A DNA stretch of 64,000 nucleotides from Amphiscolops sp. MND2022 (taxonomy: Eukaryota), in NCBI GenBank assembly GCA_964187785.1, contig OZ076410.1, positions 85,994,001 through 86,058,000 of the forward strand. Direction: 5' to 3'. Under the pieces are notes generated by a model, which was not told the origin of the DNA, did not search any database, and saw only the letters and a program-made list of their open reading frames with translations. This document shows, in pieces, positions 45,928 to 59,282 of this stretch. The position numbers were made by a program, and so were the translations under genes. The number at the start of each line of letters is the position of its first letter. Positions within the stretch are counted from its first letter, which is position 1.

Positions 45928-48900
45928 ATGCCGGAGTTGAGTGAGTATGTACGGGCATTCCCACAAGCGCGAAGAGAAACTCTTGTCTCAATTTAAGTCA
46001 GTGTTGGCGAGAAAGTGCATCGAGTGATGGAAGGAAGGGCAACTAGGTTAGTGTTCTGGGTCAGGTACGTCGCATTGTTAAGTAGCGAGGTAGTGACGCG
46101 TCCGAGTCGCATAATGGAGACCATTATTCTCAGTCGTTCTGATAAATTGTTGATGGACTGCATTTCTGTACCAAAAGTATACCAGTATTGATTGTCTATA
46201 AGTTGCATGTTTCAGAGCCTGACGACTCGACTGATGTGTCCTTGGGAAGTATGTTGGATCGTGTGCAGGCGCGTTTGGAAAAGATTGTGAGCCATCTGTC
46301 CAAAGCAATATTGGAGGCTGTTCTGGGTGAAATGGGAACGATCGGCGTGATGAAGATTTCCTGGTTAAGTTGAAGACTGCAACGCATGAGGTTCCTGCAG
46401 CACAGTCGTCGACGTCTGTTGGAAGAGTGTTTCGACTGTCTAATGATCGACTGCCTGTGGACATTGTTGCGGGTCGTGAGGACTCAGGTTTTGGGTCGTT
46501 GGTTCCCACCGTGTTCGGGGATCCACGATCGGTGTCCGTGTCGGGTGATGCACCGTCTGGTCCAACTATTGTGGCGAAACCTGGTATTGGCTTACAAGAT
46601 CATATGTAATGATACATTAAGAAAACGGAAAAACTAAAGCGACAGAGTGATCCACTAACGGTTCGTTTCGCTCTTAACCATAAAACAAAAAAATAATTGT
46701 TGTTTTATTTGTTTTTTTTGGAAGTGGCCACTTCGTTTGTTTGTTGGTTTAACACGCAAACGCAAGATCAGCACATTGAAACCATCGTATTTCGTGTCAA
46801 GTGTTGTTTGTCTAAGTATAGGATTTCCTCGTCACAAGGGGTTCTGGATGGCTATGCACGATGCTTGATGTGTAAGGTGGACTTGATTATTGCAGGACGT
46901 GGACTCCACTGTCACTGGAAGGGTGCGGAACACACCAGACTAGAACAAAAGTTCCGTATTATGACTCAACGGCCGCTTCTGGATGAATCGTTTCGGTCTG
47001 TGTCTGCTGAAGACGATAAGGTGGAGCCGCCGGTGTATTTAGAGTCACGGCTTGGGCTCTCTCTGGGGAGCGCGTTCAGTTGTAGAGAGAAGAGGAAGAG
47101 GAAAACGCCCGACCCACGTTGAGAGCAGAGAGTGCAGCGTAACTTTGGAGGTGTTTCTTCCTTAATTGCTTGGGCAGTGTCACTAACTTTCAGTCACTGA
47201 TGCGGCTGATGGATGGATCGGTGACTGGTATGAGAGGAGAAATGTCCTTCACAGAGCAAAGCTTGTCAGTCGCAATGTGTCAGGTAGTTACATGAGTTCT
47301 ACTTGGATTTAATGACTAAGTACTTAGGTTGTGTTTGAGTTAGCTCCTGTATTTCATATTAATGTCGTTTGATGTGTGACTCTATCCCAGTAATGTTTGA
47401 CAACTACATGTGGATAAATTGTGTGAGCTAGTGGGTGACGGTTACCGTGTTGGGCTCCGAGTGTACTTTGATGGCATCTTTTGGAGGGTGGATTGCCATT
47501 TTGTGGACGTCTGTGACTTGATATCTGTTACCATTGTGACTTGTCCTGTCTGCGACAACTGCAAAATCGAGTTGATCGTGCCTGCTGTATCTGTTCTGTC
47601 CGGTTTCGATCCGAGACCTGTTGCATGTACCATCGTTGTTGAAACCCACTTGGCACTTGGGCAAGCGTTGGCTCACTTGGATGATTTCGGACAGTTCATG
47701 GTTATGCGCTTTTTTGATGTGCAGTGGCTACAGCGGTGTATTCGTCAACATTACAGAGAACGTGTCGGAGGACTGGGCCCTAACAACGTTTTAGATTTCT
47801 TGAAATATTGATTGTCTGGAGTGCTCAATGGATCAAACTTTGACAAGATGCGGCAGTTACGACAGATATTCAGGTACTTTTATGCAGTCTTGGTTCCTGG
47901 TACAAACAAAGGGGTGTAAGAGGTTGAGGCATATTGCATGTGATTTCTGTTCATCTAGGTGTTTTGTTTCTTTTCAGTTCGTACGGAGTGACGAGTTAAC
48001 TTTACCGCAATTGGCTGCTGTTTGCCAAGAGTTGGTAAAAAGGTGGGATGACCTGACCGGATACTTTGGCAGTGAAAGCAGTGGTTCTTTAGTGGAAATG
48101 AGGTCTGTCTCCAGCTTGAACGTGGTTATCTTCATTGATCGATTATCACGGCATCAAGTTGCGATCCTCAGTTGCTTTTGAAGGAAGGTAAGGGGAAAGC
48201 GAGACTTTTATTGCTGCAGTGAAGGTATTTATTGTACTGGTGTGTGTATCTGGTGCTGCGTTAAATATTGTTAACTGGGGTGTGATGGGCTTGATGTTAT
48301 TAAGGAACGAGCTTTGCGAGATGCCCATATGGTGACGTTTTTTTTTCGCAGATTTCGTGACATGTGCCAATTTTTCAAACTTGTGAGGCAAATTTTTCAA
48401 AACCCGGATACGAACGGATACGAACACCATGTTTTCGCTAAAAGTTGCGCAGGCTCCTAGGCTACATTTTCACCGAAAAAAATTTCCGAAAAAAATTCGG
48501 CTTCATGGGCTTTTTTCAAAAGAATTTTTGAAAAAACGCTATTTTTGACTATTTTTATCTTTGATCCCCTATATCTCAGAACTGAGACCAACTACAGGGT
48601 CCTTGGTTTCGTAAATTGTACAAGCGTTTCATAGGCTACATTTTGGTTTAAAAAAACGTCAAAAATAGTTTTCAAACTTGGTGTTTTTGGACAAAAAATA
48701 GGACAAAAACTTTTCTAAATTTTTTTCTCATTCGTAGCTCATATTTCTCAAAACTGATAAAAGATACAGAAACCGTTCTCTTTCGAGAAGAAAGGCATTG
48801 ATACAGGCTACTTTTTGGACCAACAAAGTTACCGTCATCAAGTATGACGCCTTCGTTTTTCTGCCAAAAAAAATTCGACTTTTTTCAAAAAAATTTCCTG

Positions 48901-50790
48901 CTTCTTTCTTACTTGAGCTCGAATATCTCATGATCGAGACAAAATTTGGCGTTCATGGTTTCGTTGATTTTACGAGGCTTATGTAGGCTACGTTTTAAGC
49001 TGAAAGTGATGTCGAAATTTTTTTCGCTCTGGATTTTTTAGCAAATAAAGTAATGAAAAAATTTTCCGAATTTTTTTCATTTTTTTCCAATTTGTAGCTT
49101 ATTTTTCTCAAAACTGAAAGTAGATACGAAAATCATCCTCCCTCATAAAGTGAGGCAAGTATGTAGGCAACTTTCTGTACTATGAAAGTTTCCGTCATGG
49201 AGTATGACGCCTTCGGGTTTGTGCCAAAAATACATTTCATTTTTCTCAAAAAAATTTTTCTTCATCTTTTTAGTTCTTTCATCAAAATATCCTCATCTGA
49301 GACTGGTTAAGTTCACAAGGTTGTAGGCCCCGGAACAAAGAGAATTTGTAACACCTTCTGCAGACCATTGAACGTTTCTGCTCGTGCCCAAGCGCGACAT
49401 GCCGTCGCGCCTATGTTTTTTTGTTTTAATTTTTCCTCGTTGTCATCTTTTAGTCGTAGTGACGTTTCCTCGTGGGCGTGCAAACGGACGTTTTTGAGAC
49501 GTATATTAGGCCATGAAGTTGTTTCTTTCATTTTACGACTCGGGAGGATGATTCAAGATCCGGACAAAATGCCACCAGAGTTTGACTATGAGAGTGTACG
49601 TGGTGCCAAGCCAGTCGAACTCGGGACCGTGGCTCAAGGGAAGTACAAAGCGTTGTTCGATGTGACCGATCAACACAAAGTTTTCTGCCGGCAAGTCCAG
49701 CACTTCCTGCGGGGTTTATGTGAAACACTACTTTCCGTGTATCCTGTGGATCGAGAAAGTAGACTGGATCTGTCAGCGTTTGACCCGCAGGCTATGTTCA
49801 GTCGGTCTAAAGATCCTGTAGTCGACTCATTTATGAATTGCTGTTTAGTGCTGAGGCGATTTGGTTTGCTTGCTGATGGCTTGGGTGTCGTGGTCCTCCA
49901 GCAAGTTAATGGAGTTTCCAATTCTTTTCTGCACTGTTCGCAGAACCAGTCGTCTGATTGCCCTGTAGTGGGAGATGTTCTCAACCTGTGGTTATCCTAT
50001 CCACATTGGTCACGCTGTAGAGCCTTTTTGATGTCATTCAAATTGTTAACTGCAGCTAACTCAGACGTTCGTATTGTGCGGATTTCTTGGATGTGAGAGC
50101 TACATCAAGGACAGATGCTATCCAGTATACACTTGGTGCGCAGTTGGAAATGCCTCGGAGTTTGTGGTGGAGCCCGAAGGATCATGGATGGGTTCCTACG
50201 TCATTGCGAAACAACGGACATGCAGGTTAACCGTTTGATGGAACGTTAACGAGGTCACCCGTTGGAACAATTACACAAAATTGGGCTTACGGAGACGCTT
50301 GGCAGATGTACTAAGTTCTTGTACGAAGGGGAGGAAGGGCCCTCTGGTGTATATGTGGGCAGGTATAGATCTGCAGTATGCGCTCAACTGGAGCATTGAA
50401 CCGAAGAACGAAGAGGAAGTCAAGAGGTCGGCTTTTACGGAGTGCGTCATTACATGTTTCTGTTTCGGATGACGGGCTTCTGATACGGGCTGGTTCTACA
50501 GGAAAATGACCGTGTACTCAGCAGGACGTTGATTCAGGTACGAAAGGCGTCAGTTCCCGGAGGCTAACTGCTAAACGGAATCGGGGAAGCGAGGAAATGC
50601 GGCTGGACAGAAGTGTTCAATTGTGGAAGTACAACGTGGAATGACATATAGAGGAGAATCGACTACTAGTCGTCAGAAGCAGTTGAGAAGCAAAGGACAT
50701 TGTTTGTCACGGGTATTAGAAACTGAGTCATCTGACAACATGGAAGGAATGTGTTATCCCGGATGGGAGGAGACTGTTTCAGATCGATCA
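45928..50790 (+). pseudogene. Decayed multi-segment gene with a BED-like zinc finger and hAT-transposase-like motifs
   Basis: CLMCKVDLIIAGRGLHCHWKGAEH (46862-46933), RFFDVQWL (47707-47730), ELVKRWDDLTGYF (48029-48067) and a 242-aa open stretch at 49368-50096; AT-rich intron-like breaks at ~46606-46724 and from 47284. Confidence 0.5.
48330..49310. mobile_element. ~1-kb AT-rich non-coding insertion with internal repeats, probably a non-autonomous DNA element
   Basis: Interrupts the coding-like region; repeated GTATGACGCCTTCG (near 48842 and 49202) and TAGGCTAC motifs; ends not resolved. Confidence 0.45.
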
Positions 50791-52499
50791 AACTTATGTG
50801 TTCTTTCTTGCATTCTTTTACTTTATATTGTTTTGGTTTTGAAGTAATTGTGTTGGAAGTTGTATTTATATTCCAATTTCTGTTGTTTTTTGTTGTTTGA
50901 GTCATTCGTAGTTGCACCATGATTTACTTAATATTTCCGTGAGTGGACTATGCTGATTTTCATTTTCTATAATTTTACTCTGCGGGAAGATTGTATCTAT
51001 CCACAAAAGATTTTGGGTGTTTATCTGACTGCCATTTATAATTGAATTAGTTGCCAATTGGACGTTTTGATGACTCAGTCGTAGTTGTATTGTGAGGTCG
51101 TTCATGAGTTCTTTCAATTCAGAGTTTTTCTACTAAATTTTGCGTGTTATATGATAACTTACGTTATCGTAATTTTTTACCTTAGGTTTGTCTGTTTTCT
51201 ACTTAGCTGCTTTTAAAATGTTGGAGTTGCAGGCTCGGCTTTGAATGTCGTTTCATGCCTGATAGAGTAGTCACGTTCGCGACTACCATTGAAGGAGCTC
51301 TCACTCACCAAGTTCGGTCTGTATTGGAAAAGTTGAATTAGATCAGTCGATAGAAACCTTGGTGAGTGGGTGGAGCTGCTCTGCTCCTTTCAGATGACTT
51401 GAACTTTTTTTGCTTGTGCTTTTTTTGCTTGTGATGGGTGTTTGTTAACAATTTGTCTTGCATTGGCTGTCAATTAACTTCTTGTTTGCATGTATTTTAT
51501 CAGAGGACGTGCTGTTTCTGACGTCATCATCGCTGATGTGTGCCTTGCGACGTTATCACTCGTGATGTGTGTCATTGGCGTCTTTGAAATTTAGTCGTTA
51601 CATGTTTTTCATATCTCGCTTGCATGTATACATAACGGTTTCTGATAGTATACTTCGTGCTTGCGTGTTTTGATGACTGTATTTTACCGTCTTAAACTTT
51701 TATCATTTTTGTTCGTTTCTAGGGAAAGGTTTTTGTCGTCACAACAACCCTACAAAACTAACTTAGACTCCACTTACCGCTGGTTCCTCATGCAGCAAGC
51801 TTCGTCCGGTTGGACAACCAACCACCAAGACACGCTTTTGACACAGCACTCACATAGTCGACACTATGATTTCTGTGGGAGGAGGTGGGGGTTTAGGTTT
51901 AGCAGATGTAACCTTATCTAACCAGCCAAGTCGGCAAAAGTTTCTTTCTAGCGCGTTTTGTGGCTTAGTTTTGTTTTCTTTTCGTTCAGTAAGTTGAAGT
52001 AGCAAGCAATGTAGTACATTTCCTTTTGAGCGTGGTTGAAGGTGAATTTACATGAATTGCATAAATAATCAGCGAGTTAACTTTCGATTACATGTACTTC
52101 GTATTTGCGGAAGTTCGTTGGAGACTAAAGGAATGCGTCGTTGCAGGAATTGTTAGTTTTTAATCACTGCGATTGCTTGAGTGCGGTGCTTCATAAATGT
52201 ATTTTTCCACACTATTGAACGCAAGACGACGGTGAGCAGCAGTCTTCACGTAGCATGGCAATTGATTTCTAGTGTGTGATTGTTGAAAAGTTGTGTTAGT
52301 TTCTATGTTACATATATCCTTTTTTAGAAAAGTGTAGGGCACTTTAATTTAGGTTTCATGTAGTCATTTACTATTAGTAAAAGATTTTTGTTGTATGTTA
52401 GTTTATTTATTTAGGTAAGTTGGTAATTTTGATCGGATGCGAGGCGAAGCCTACGAATTGTCAGACAAGGATGAGAACTGCGATTTTCCGAAAGGTGTT

Positions 52500-53585
52500 G
52501 TAAACGTAGGGTTATGGAGTCAGGTATTAAATTCTTTTTGAGCTCTAAGCGTAGGACGCTCGTTTGAGACTTTTAGCTGATTTTTAGTTGGCTTTTTTGT
52601 CTTGCATCAATTCTAGTTAGACGGGTTTGACTTGAAGTTCGTGGACAAGAAAATCCTGGTTGGTTTTTGGGTTTGGCTCGGACCGTAGGTTTTATCGAGT
52701 GCTGTTGTTCCGCGACGTGACTTGTGGTCTGTTACTATTGCTTGTCAATTCAGTATTGTCTCTTTCAGCTTCATCAAGTTCAACCCGGTATTCGTCGTTA
52801 GTGTTGGTGCGAACGACCAGGTCGTCAAGTGGTTGCTCGTAGGTCTGAGGGGAATTTTCGGGGATCGGTTGTAACTCTGTACGGTCAGTTAACCTTTGTG
52901 CGTGTTCGTAGTTCAGCATTGATTTCTTCGTGTTCCACTGTTTCGGGCATTGGTTCAAAATGAAATAATTGAGGGATTTGGTCATTGCAAAGCTCTTGAT
53001 CGTCGGACGTGACAGGGTCAGCATAAAAGAGATTTGAGTCTTCTTCAATGTCCCGTCTGGGGCGTTCGGTGTGAAAGGATGTAGTCACATCCTGTAAACG
53101 CACTATGTTCGGAAAGTTCCGACTCTCCTTATTATGTAGTTAAAGTTGGTTAGGACCTTAACTACCTTGAAAGGGCCTTCCCAATTGAAGTGGTTAAAGG
53201 CAATTTTATCGGACTGGGTTGTGATTTTTGGGTTGAGAAGGAACGCGAAGTCGTTAGTTTTTAACGGTTACGCCCGAGCCTCGTGGTCATAGTACCTTTT
53301 GTTCTTGTGATAGGCGTGGAGTATGTTGTCATTGACTGTTTGTATTTTTCGTTCAATTGATCTACTAATTTAGCTCTGTCGGTTCGTTTGTTTCGCATTC
53401 CATCGTGCGGAATCCTAACGTGAAACACTTCGCTCGGTGTACACTCAAGTGATTGGTGGTAGGTAGTGTTGTGTGCCATGACTGCTAGATTAACGTACTT
53501 ATCCCATTGGGGATAGTCAGCTGAAACGTTGATTTTCAAAATCTGCTCCAGTCTTTGATGGAAGCGTTCCACCATCCCTCTGATT
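52500..53585 (-). pseudogene. Gypsy integrase 3' fragment with C-terminal GPF region
   Basis: GMVERFHQRL..QWDKYVNLAVMAHNTTYHQSLECTPSEVFH, then FLLNPKITTQSDKIAFNHFNWEGPFKVVKVL. Confidence 0.85.
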
Positions 53586-56500
53586 TTTTCTTTCTTTGAT
53601 TTTTCAATTTTTGTTTTAAGGTTGCTGCAATGTTTCACTTTCTTTTTCCTAATTTGAATTGTATTGTCCACAAGGGTAACTAACAGAAACAAAAGATCTA
53701 GTTCAGGACGATGTCCCGCAATAAAAACTGGGATAGAGTTTTTAGAAGCAGGAATATCACAAAGTATTGGAATTGTGGTTGGAGTTCAAGGAATCAAAGA
53801 AAATGATAGTTCAGTTGATGACAGAGATCAAAGCTCAAACGAACGTGCACAAAATGAGACTCAGGTATGGACACAAAGGTTGGCTATTAGAACAAGCAGA
53901 AACATTTCAGACTTGAGAATAGACATAACTGGAAGCTGGTGAAAATGACGCCAGAAATGAAGAGTAGCACAAGAACAAGATCAGTTCCAAATAGAATCGA
54001 TTTTGAACACCCAAGATCACAAATTTGAACAAAACATGTTGCCAAAAACTGAGACCGCGAATTAAACATCCTTCACAGATAACCAGGAAAACCTTAATCA
54101 AGATTTGTCTTTCAGGTCTTCAGAATTATATCAGTTTACACTGTCCTGCAACCCGTGAATATCCGAGAATCAAATTAGACGATAATGTAATTATAAACGA
54201 AGACGATATAAGGGAAGAATATCGTATGGTGACAGTAGCTACTAATTCATTGCACCGGCAAAGTTCGAATAACACAACCAGCTCACTAAACGAACATCAG
54301 TTCGCTGAGCATTTGAAATTTCCTCAAAATCCGGCCAAACAAATAATTATTGCACCGAGTTCTTCAGACTTGAGTGAGCACGGATCTTCCGCAAAACCTG
54401 CGAATAACCGAGAGTTCGATATAGACGGCTTCAATTTCTCTAATTACGCTCAATGACCACAATCCGCAATTTCTGATTACACTGTGCATCAAAATTCACG
54501 ATGAACACATTGCACTGTTTGACTAGAATACGGTTCGTTCTCGTTTTACGGAAAATACACTTTACACTTGATGATAAATTCCACTTTTGCGGCATATGTA
54601 TCGTAATGTTTGTAATTGCAAAAAAATTCAGTCCAGGGTAAAAAGTCACCAAAATACAACGCAACAATCAGTCATACTGTCGAATATTAGGCTTTGCTGA
54701 GAGGACATTACTGAAAATGACCAAAGACCTCCTTAAAACGAGTGCCAGAAGTACGCTTTAGTGCTGAAAGACATGTATGATTAATTGCGAAAATAACAAT
54801 TAGAAGTTAATTACGAATCCTTAACTCAGTGTGAAGAATCAAAACCAAACGCGAATAAAAATCGATCCAGACTATTTCAGTTTCAAGCCTTTCGTAAGGC
54901 TTCTTTTGGATCAAGTTCTCAAATTCCAGCTTGACGTGACTCTGTTCTGGTAGGATGGCATGAGATGATATGCATTCAAAAACGCAAATTCTAATTACAA
55001 AGTTTTCTTCTTTTAAACGCGCTGGTACTAAGATACCTCCGCTGCACATTTATTACCACATATTTTTTCAAATCTTCACTTGAATGAAAGCTAATGTGAG
55101 AAAAATCATGTCCCAAGAGACAAAAACGTGACACTTCGCGCGATCTAAAAGTTCAGTATCATTCTCTACTGTTTTGATAGCTTGTTGATTTCACTTTCGC
55201 TTTGTTTCTTGAGAAGGTCTCAAAATTGTCTGGGTCCTAAACTAAACACTTTCATCTCTTCCATTCATCTTCAGAAGAACAAGAAGTCATCAAAATCTGT
55301 TATTTACGAACACTTTTTTGGGAATTTCCGGAAACCTAATTCAATGATTTAACGCTGATTCAAAGCTGGTAGTTTTTGTTCTCAATTGAACAACTTCTTA
55401 ATTTCCGGTCTGTCCTTAATTCGTTCAAGCTTGGAAAGGAAATCATTTAAACCGGAAATAGGCGTTCTAAATGGGAGGCTTCAACAAAATGAAATCCTTT
55501 ACTTCAATCTTAGCTCATCATCTCAAATTATTTTGCTGGCTGACAATGCTACCATCCGTGGTTAGTTTTTCAAGCGATCCAGTTATACGCTATCAGTAAA
55601 TAGCTACCTGAATAACAATGAAAAGAGTGTTTTGGACGAAAAGCAGTATTTCGAAAGTGAACTTTTGAGTAATTACTATTGTTTATTATAGAATAAATCA
55701 ATCGATGCTTAGAAATTGACTAATACGACCAAATTTGTTCAAATAGCTCGGAAATTTTACCAAACGAATGTTGCTCGAGTTTGATGTCTAGCAACGGGCG
55801 TTTTCGAGAGCTGCGAAAGTGTTTAAGATGCCCCGACACGATACCTTTGTCCTTCAAAATCCTAAACACCAGCTTTTACCCAAAAACGGGTCGCTCCGGA
55901 GCGACATGCAGGCATACGTCAAGTCCGGAAATTTCATTTGAGCGGGTACAAACGGTTCGTTGGTTTCTTGGGGGTTTTGTATATACTTTATAAGTCTACA
56001 AACACCATCTCATTGGATTACAACACTCTAAGCATTTAAAAAAGATATACTTGCTCGCTTCTGTCCTTCTAAAGCTGAAGCTCTGCTGAAGTTAATGAAA
56101 ACTTATTGTGAAGATACATTTGAGCTTTATAAATGAATATAAACTTTATGTTGAACGACGATGCCTTTCTCATTCAATTTCCAATTTTTTGCTGAAGTGC
56201 ATAAAAGTGAGTTTCACAGTTGTTTCGAGGTTTTTCTAACTGTTCTCACCGGAAAAAAACTCGAGAATGATTACAAGCAACCAAAACCTTGTGGATAAAG
56301 CGTTGTGACGTTTCGCCTTTCCTAAAAATTTCAATTGAAACTTGATAAGCCGAAGAATAAATGAAACGTGAAGTAAGAAACTTCAGCCTTCTCTCAATTT
56401 TTTTTCAAACAGTAAAATATGGTTTAGATTCAGAGCTAGAACGTGAAGATACCCTAGTCGAAGTTGTCACACAAACTTTTACAGGCACCTTGAAAAAATG

Positions 56501-56602
56501 CAGGCTAACTTTTTTAGTAAGTTACTTTTGGAAAAGTCAGGGACTGGTAACGTGATAATCCACAAGGTGATCTAGGACTCAGATGAAGAGATCGTTTGAC
56601 AA

Positions 56603-56748
56603 TGTTGAATTAACTTTTTTCAACGACATATGGTAACTTTTTGTATCTTTTGTCGTGATATATTTTTATCTGTAATTATTTTTGTCAACAACTAACTTCT
56701 TTTAATATACTTTGAGTTCCGTTCGGAATCTAGCTTAGTTCTCTTACA
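56603..56748 (-). repeat. 3' LTR (146 bp) with polypurine tract
   Basis: Minus strand AAACTGAGGGG|TGTAAGAG...TTCAACA; PPT complement at 56749-56759. Confidence 0.75.
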
Positions 56749-58538
56749 CCCCTCAGTTTAACAATCATTGAAATTATTGATGTATAAAACGGAACATAAT
56801 TGAGCGAATTTGTGTATGATTAAATGTCGCAACTTAATTCCCAAAGTATGAGTTCTGGGTTGAATGTATCTGTTCACTCTTGGAACGTGAATGTGGCCGT
56901 AATATCGGTTTTAGTCCTGTTTCTTATTCGTCGTCGTAGCGGTTCAGTTGGCTGCATCGGTACCTAATTTTTGCTTTGGTATTATTGCCTCCATTTCTGG
57001 CGTTTCCGTTTCTTGTTTTATTCTTGGTTGTTGCGAATGTAATAACAATTCATTTTCGTCGGACTCAAACTCCTCCTCAATTATTTCTGCCCATCACAGA
57101 TTCTTTTGCCTTTTCTGGTGGGAATCCCGATCACAATGAACGAATCGTCGGATTCGGTTGCCAATTCGCTGCAGACAGATCGCTAGGAGTTCGCTGTTCG
57201 TTCGTTTACCGCCATTAATCTTGTTTTGCTCCTTCACTGCACCAGCACGGTATGTTCGTGCTGCTGCATGTATTGTTTTCTGTTTGTTCTAGCTTGTTTT
57301 TTGCCTGCTAGTAGCAACCTTATTGTATGGTTGGATGGTTGTGTTGCTCGCTCCAGCAGGACGCCCGTCATTTTGTATGCATATTTTATCTTGGTCCCCC
57401 GTGTCATTTCGCTCACGAGAGTTCCCGAATCATGTCCCGATTCAAAATCTGCATCGTTCCGCTGTACTGTGTTGGAGTTTTACTGTTTTGATGTATTCCG
57501 TTCGCTGCTAGTGTATTTCTGATACGCACTTCCCTTTCCAGATGGCTACCTTATCAGTGGGAAGACCAACTCTAACAACCTTGAGTTATCTTTCGCTACA
57601 AAGAATTGCTTATTCACTCCCATTCGTTCGTTAATCGTATTAACCATTCTTTCCCGTTACAACAAAGATTACCTTTCTATATGCTGGATTAGTAGCTTTT
57701 TACGAAATTTGTTCAAACTTTTGCATCTGTCGAGGATTCCATTTCAGTTGGGTGTCTCGATAGATAGTCTGTCATGCCCAGGGTTTTTCCTGCGGCATGG
57801 ACGACCTCGAAGTCGAACGGTAGCACTCTGTCCACCCATCTAGTTAATCTGCTTTAAAACGTTTAATTGTCCGTGTTCAGTTTCAACAAAGTCATCAAAG
57901 CTTTGTAATCAGATACCTCTTTAAAAGAAACTCTATACACGTACTTTTTAAAGTTTTCTATTGCCCACACTAATGCATAATGTTTTTTGACTCGTTTATC
58001 AAAAATTTCATCTCAAAATCAGTTCAAATCGTGATGCGAAATTAGTTGGTCTCCATTTTCTATAATTTTCAGTGTATCGTGGGGCTTCATCGAGGCCTGG
58101 TTTACTTGCATCGCAAAAAATTCGAATTTCTTGGTTTCTTAAAAAAGCACTAATTCTACAACTTGACTTGTTTCTTCATAGATTCTACAGAATGCCTTGT
58201 CATGTCCTTTTTCCCCATTTCCATTTAGCGTCAATTTTCAGGATTGTTCTGGATGGGTATCTGTTCACGGCTAAATTTGGTAAAATTTCAATGAAGTAAA
58301 AAACCGCCCTCAAAAATCATTTTAAATGTCACGAAATGATGGGTTTCAATCTGTCGTTTACTCCCTGCATTTTGGTATTATATACCCTGCCTGTATATAT
58401 TAGACAAGTTTGGCATCTAGTATTTGTCTTCCACTTTAAATTCGTTCAGAGCTCGTGTATCAAAAACTATTTTGAGGGACTCATCTTGTTTACTGTTATA
58501 ACCGTTGGCAACATCATCTTGAACTTTCTCTACTTTTT
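56749..58538 (-). pseudogene. Gypsy pol fragments: RT start, RNase H end and integrase tail, with large internal deletions
   Basis: KVEKVQDD..LKIVFDTRALNE..DKY*MPNL (58380-58538); WVDRVLPFDFEVVHAAGKTLGMTDYLSRHP (57750-57840); TRGTKIKYAYK (57370-57410). Confidence 0.8.
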
Positions 58539-59282
58539 ATGAGTCGGAAAAAAATTCCGACTACTTATGCAATCATGTCGTTTTTTTGTTTTTTTTCTCC
58601 CGACATTTTCATCAAAAAGTTCAACTTTCTCAAAAACTGTCCATACAATTTTCACAAAATTTTGCACAGTCATTCTACACCCAAAAGGACCCCTGTGTGC
58701 GCAAACACATCAAATTCATTCGACTGGAATGTGAGAAACAAAGCCAAAATTTTCCAAAAATGGCTAAAATTCGCCCAAAAACGGCCATTTTTCGACTTTT
58801 TTGACTTTCTCAAAAACTGTCCAAAAGATTCGAATGAAATTTTCTACAGTCATTCTACATCTTTTTAGAGTACTTATGTGCATTGGCATCAAAATCGTAT
58901 AACTGGGATGTGAGAAACATAGCCAAAGTTAGCCCAAAAACGGCAAAAAACAGTCATTTTTCGATTTTTTTTTGATTTTCGCAAAAACTGTCCTTACGAT
59001 TCAAACGAAATTCCGTACAGTCCTTCAAAACTATATTTTCCTCCTCTGTGTGAAATTTCAATGAACTCGTTTTGCTGGAATGTGAGAAAGAAAGCCTAAA
59101 TTCACCCTAAAAACAGCCTTTTTTGACTTTTTTGATGTTTTTGAATGCGACTCGAACGAAAACTTCTACAGTCATTTTCTAAACAATAGTATGGTGTTTT
59201 GTGTGCAATTCCAATAAATTGGTATGACTGGGAAAGGAAAAAGACCTAAGTCGAATCCTTTACCGCATATGCTGCTGTGGTA
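58539..59282 (+). mobile_element. Helentron/DINE-1-like family H1 copy inserted in a Gypsy RT
   Basis: Same termini as 40045-40637, with a duplicated core. Removing it rejoins the RT as GAT GGG CAC TTT GAA AAA GTA GAG (DGHFEKVE) with no TSD. Confidence 0.85.

Noticed and set aside
48299-49312. piggyBac-type element based on TTAA near both ends
   Set aside because: No terminal inverted repeats inside the TTAA sites, and TTAA is frequent in AT-rich DNA.
50902-51117. Minus-strand ORF resembling a helical env-like fragment
   Set aside because: Too short, and recognised only by vague resemblance.
53664-54456. Plus-strand coding-like low-complexity remnant, possibly a pol C-terminal tail
   Set aside because: No diagnostic motif, PPT or LTR could be identified, so it is left unassigned.
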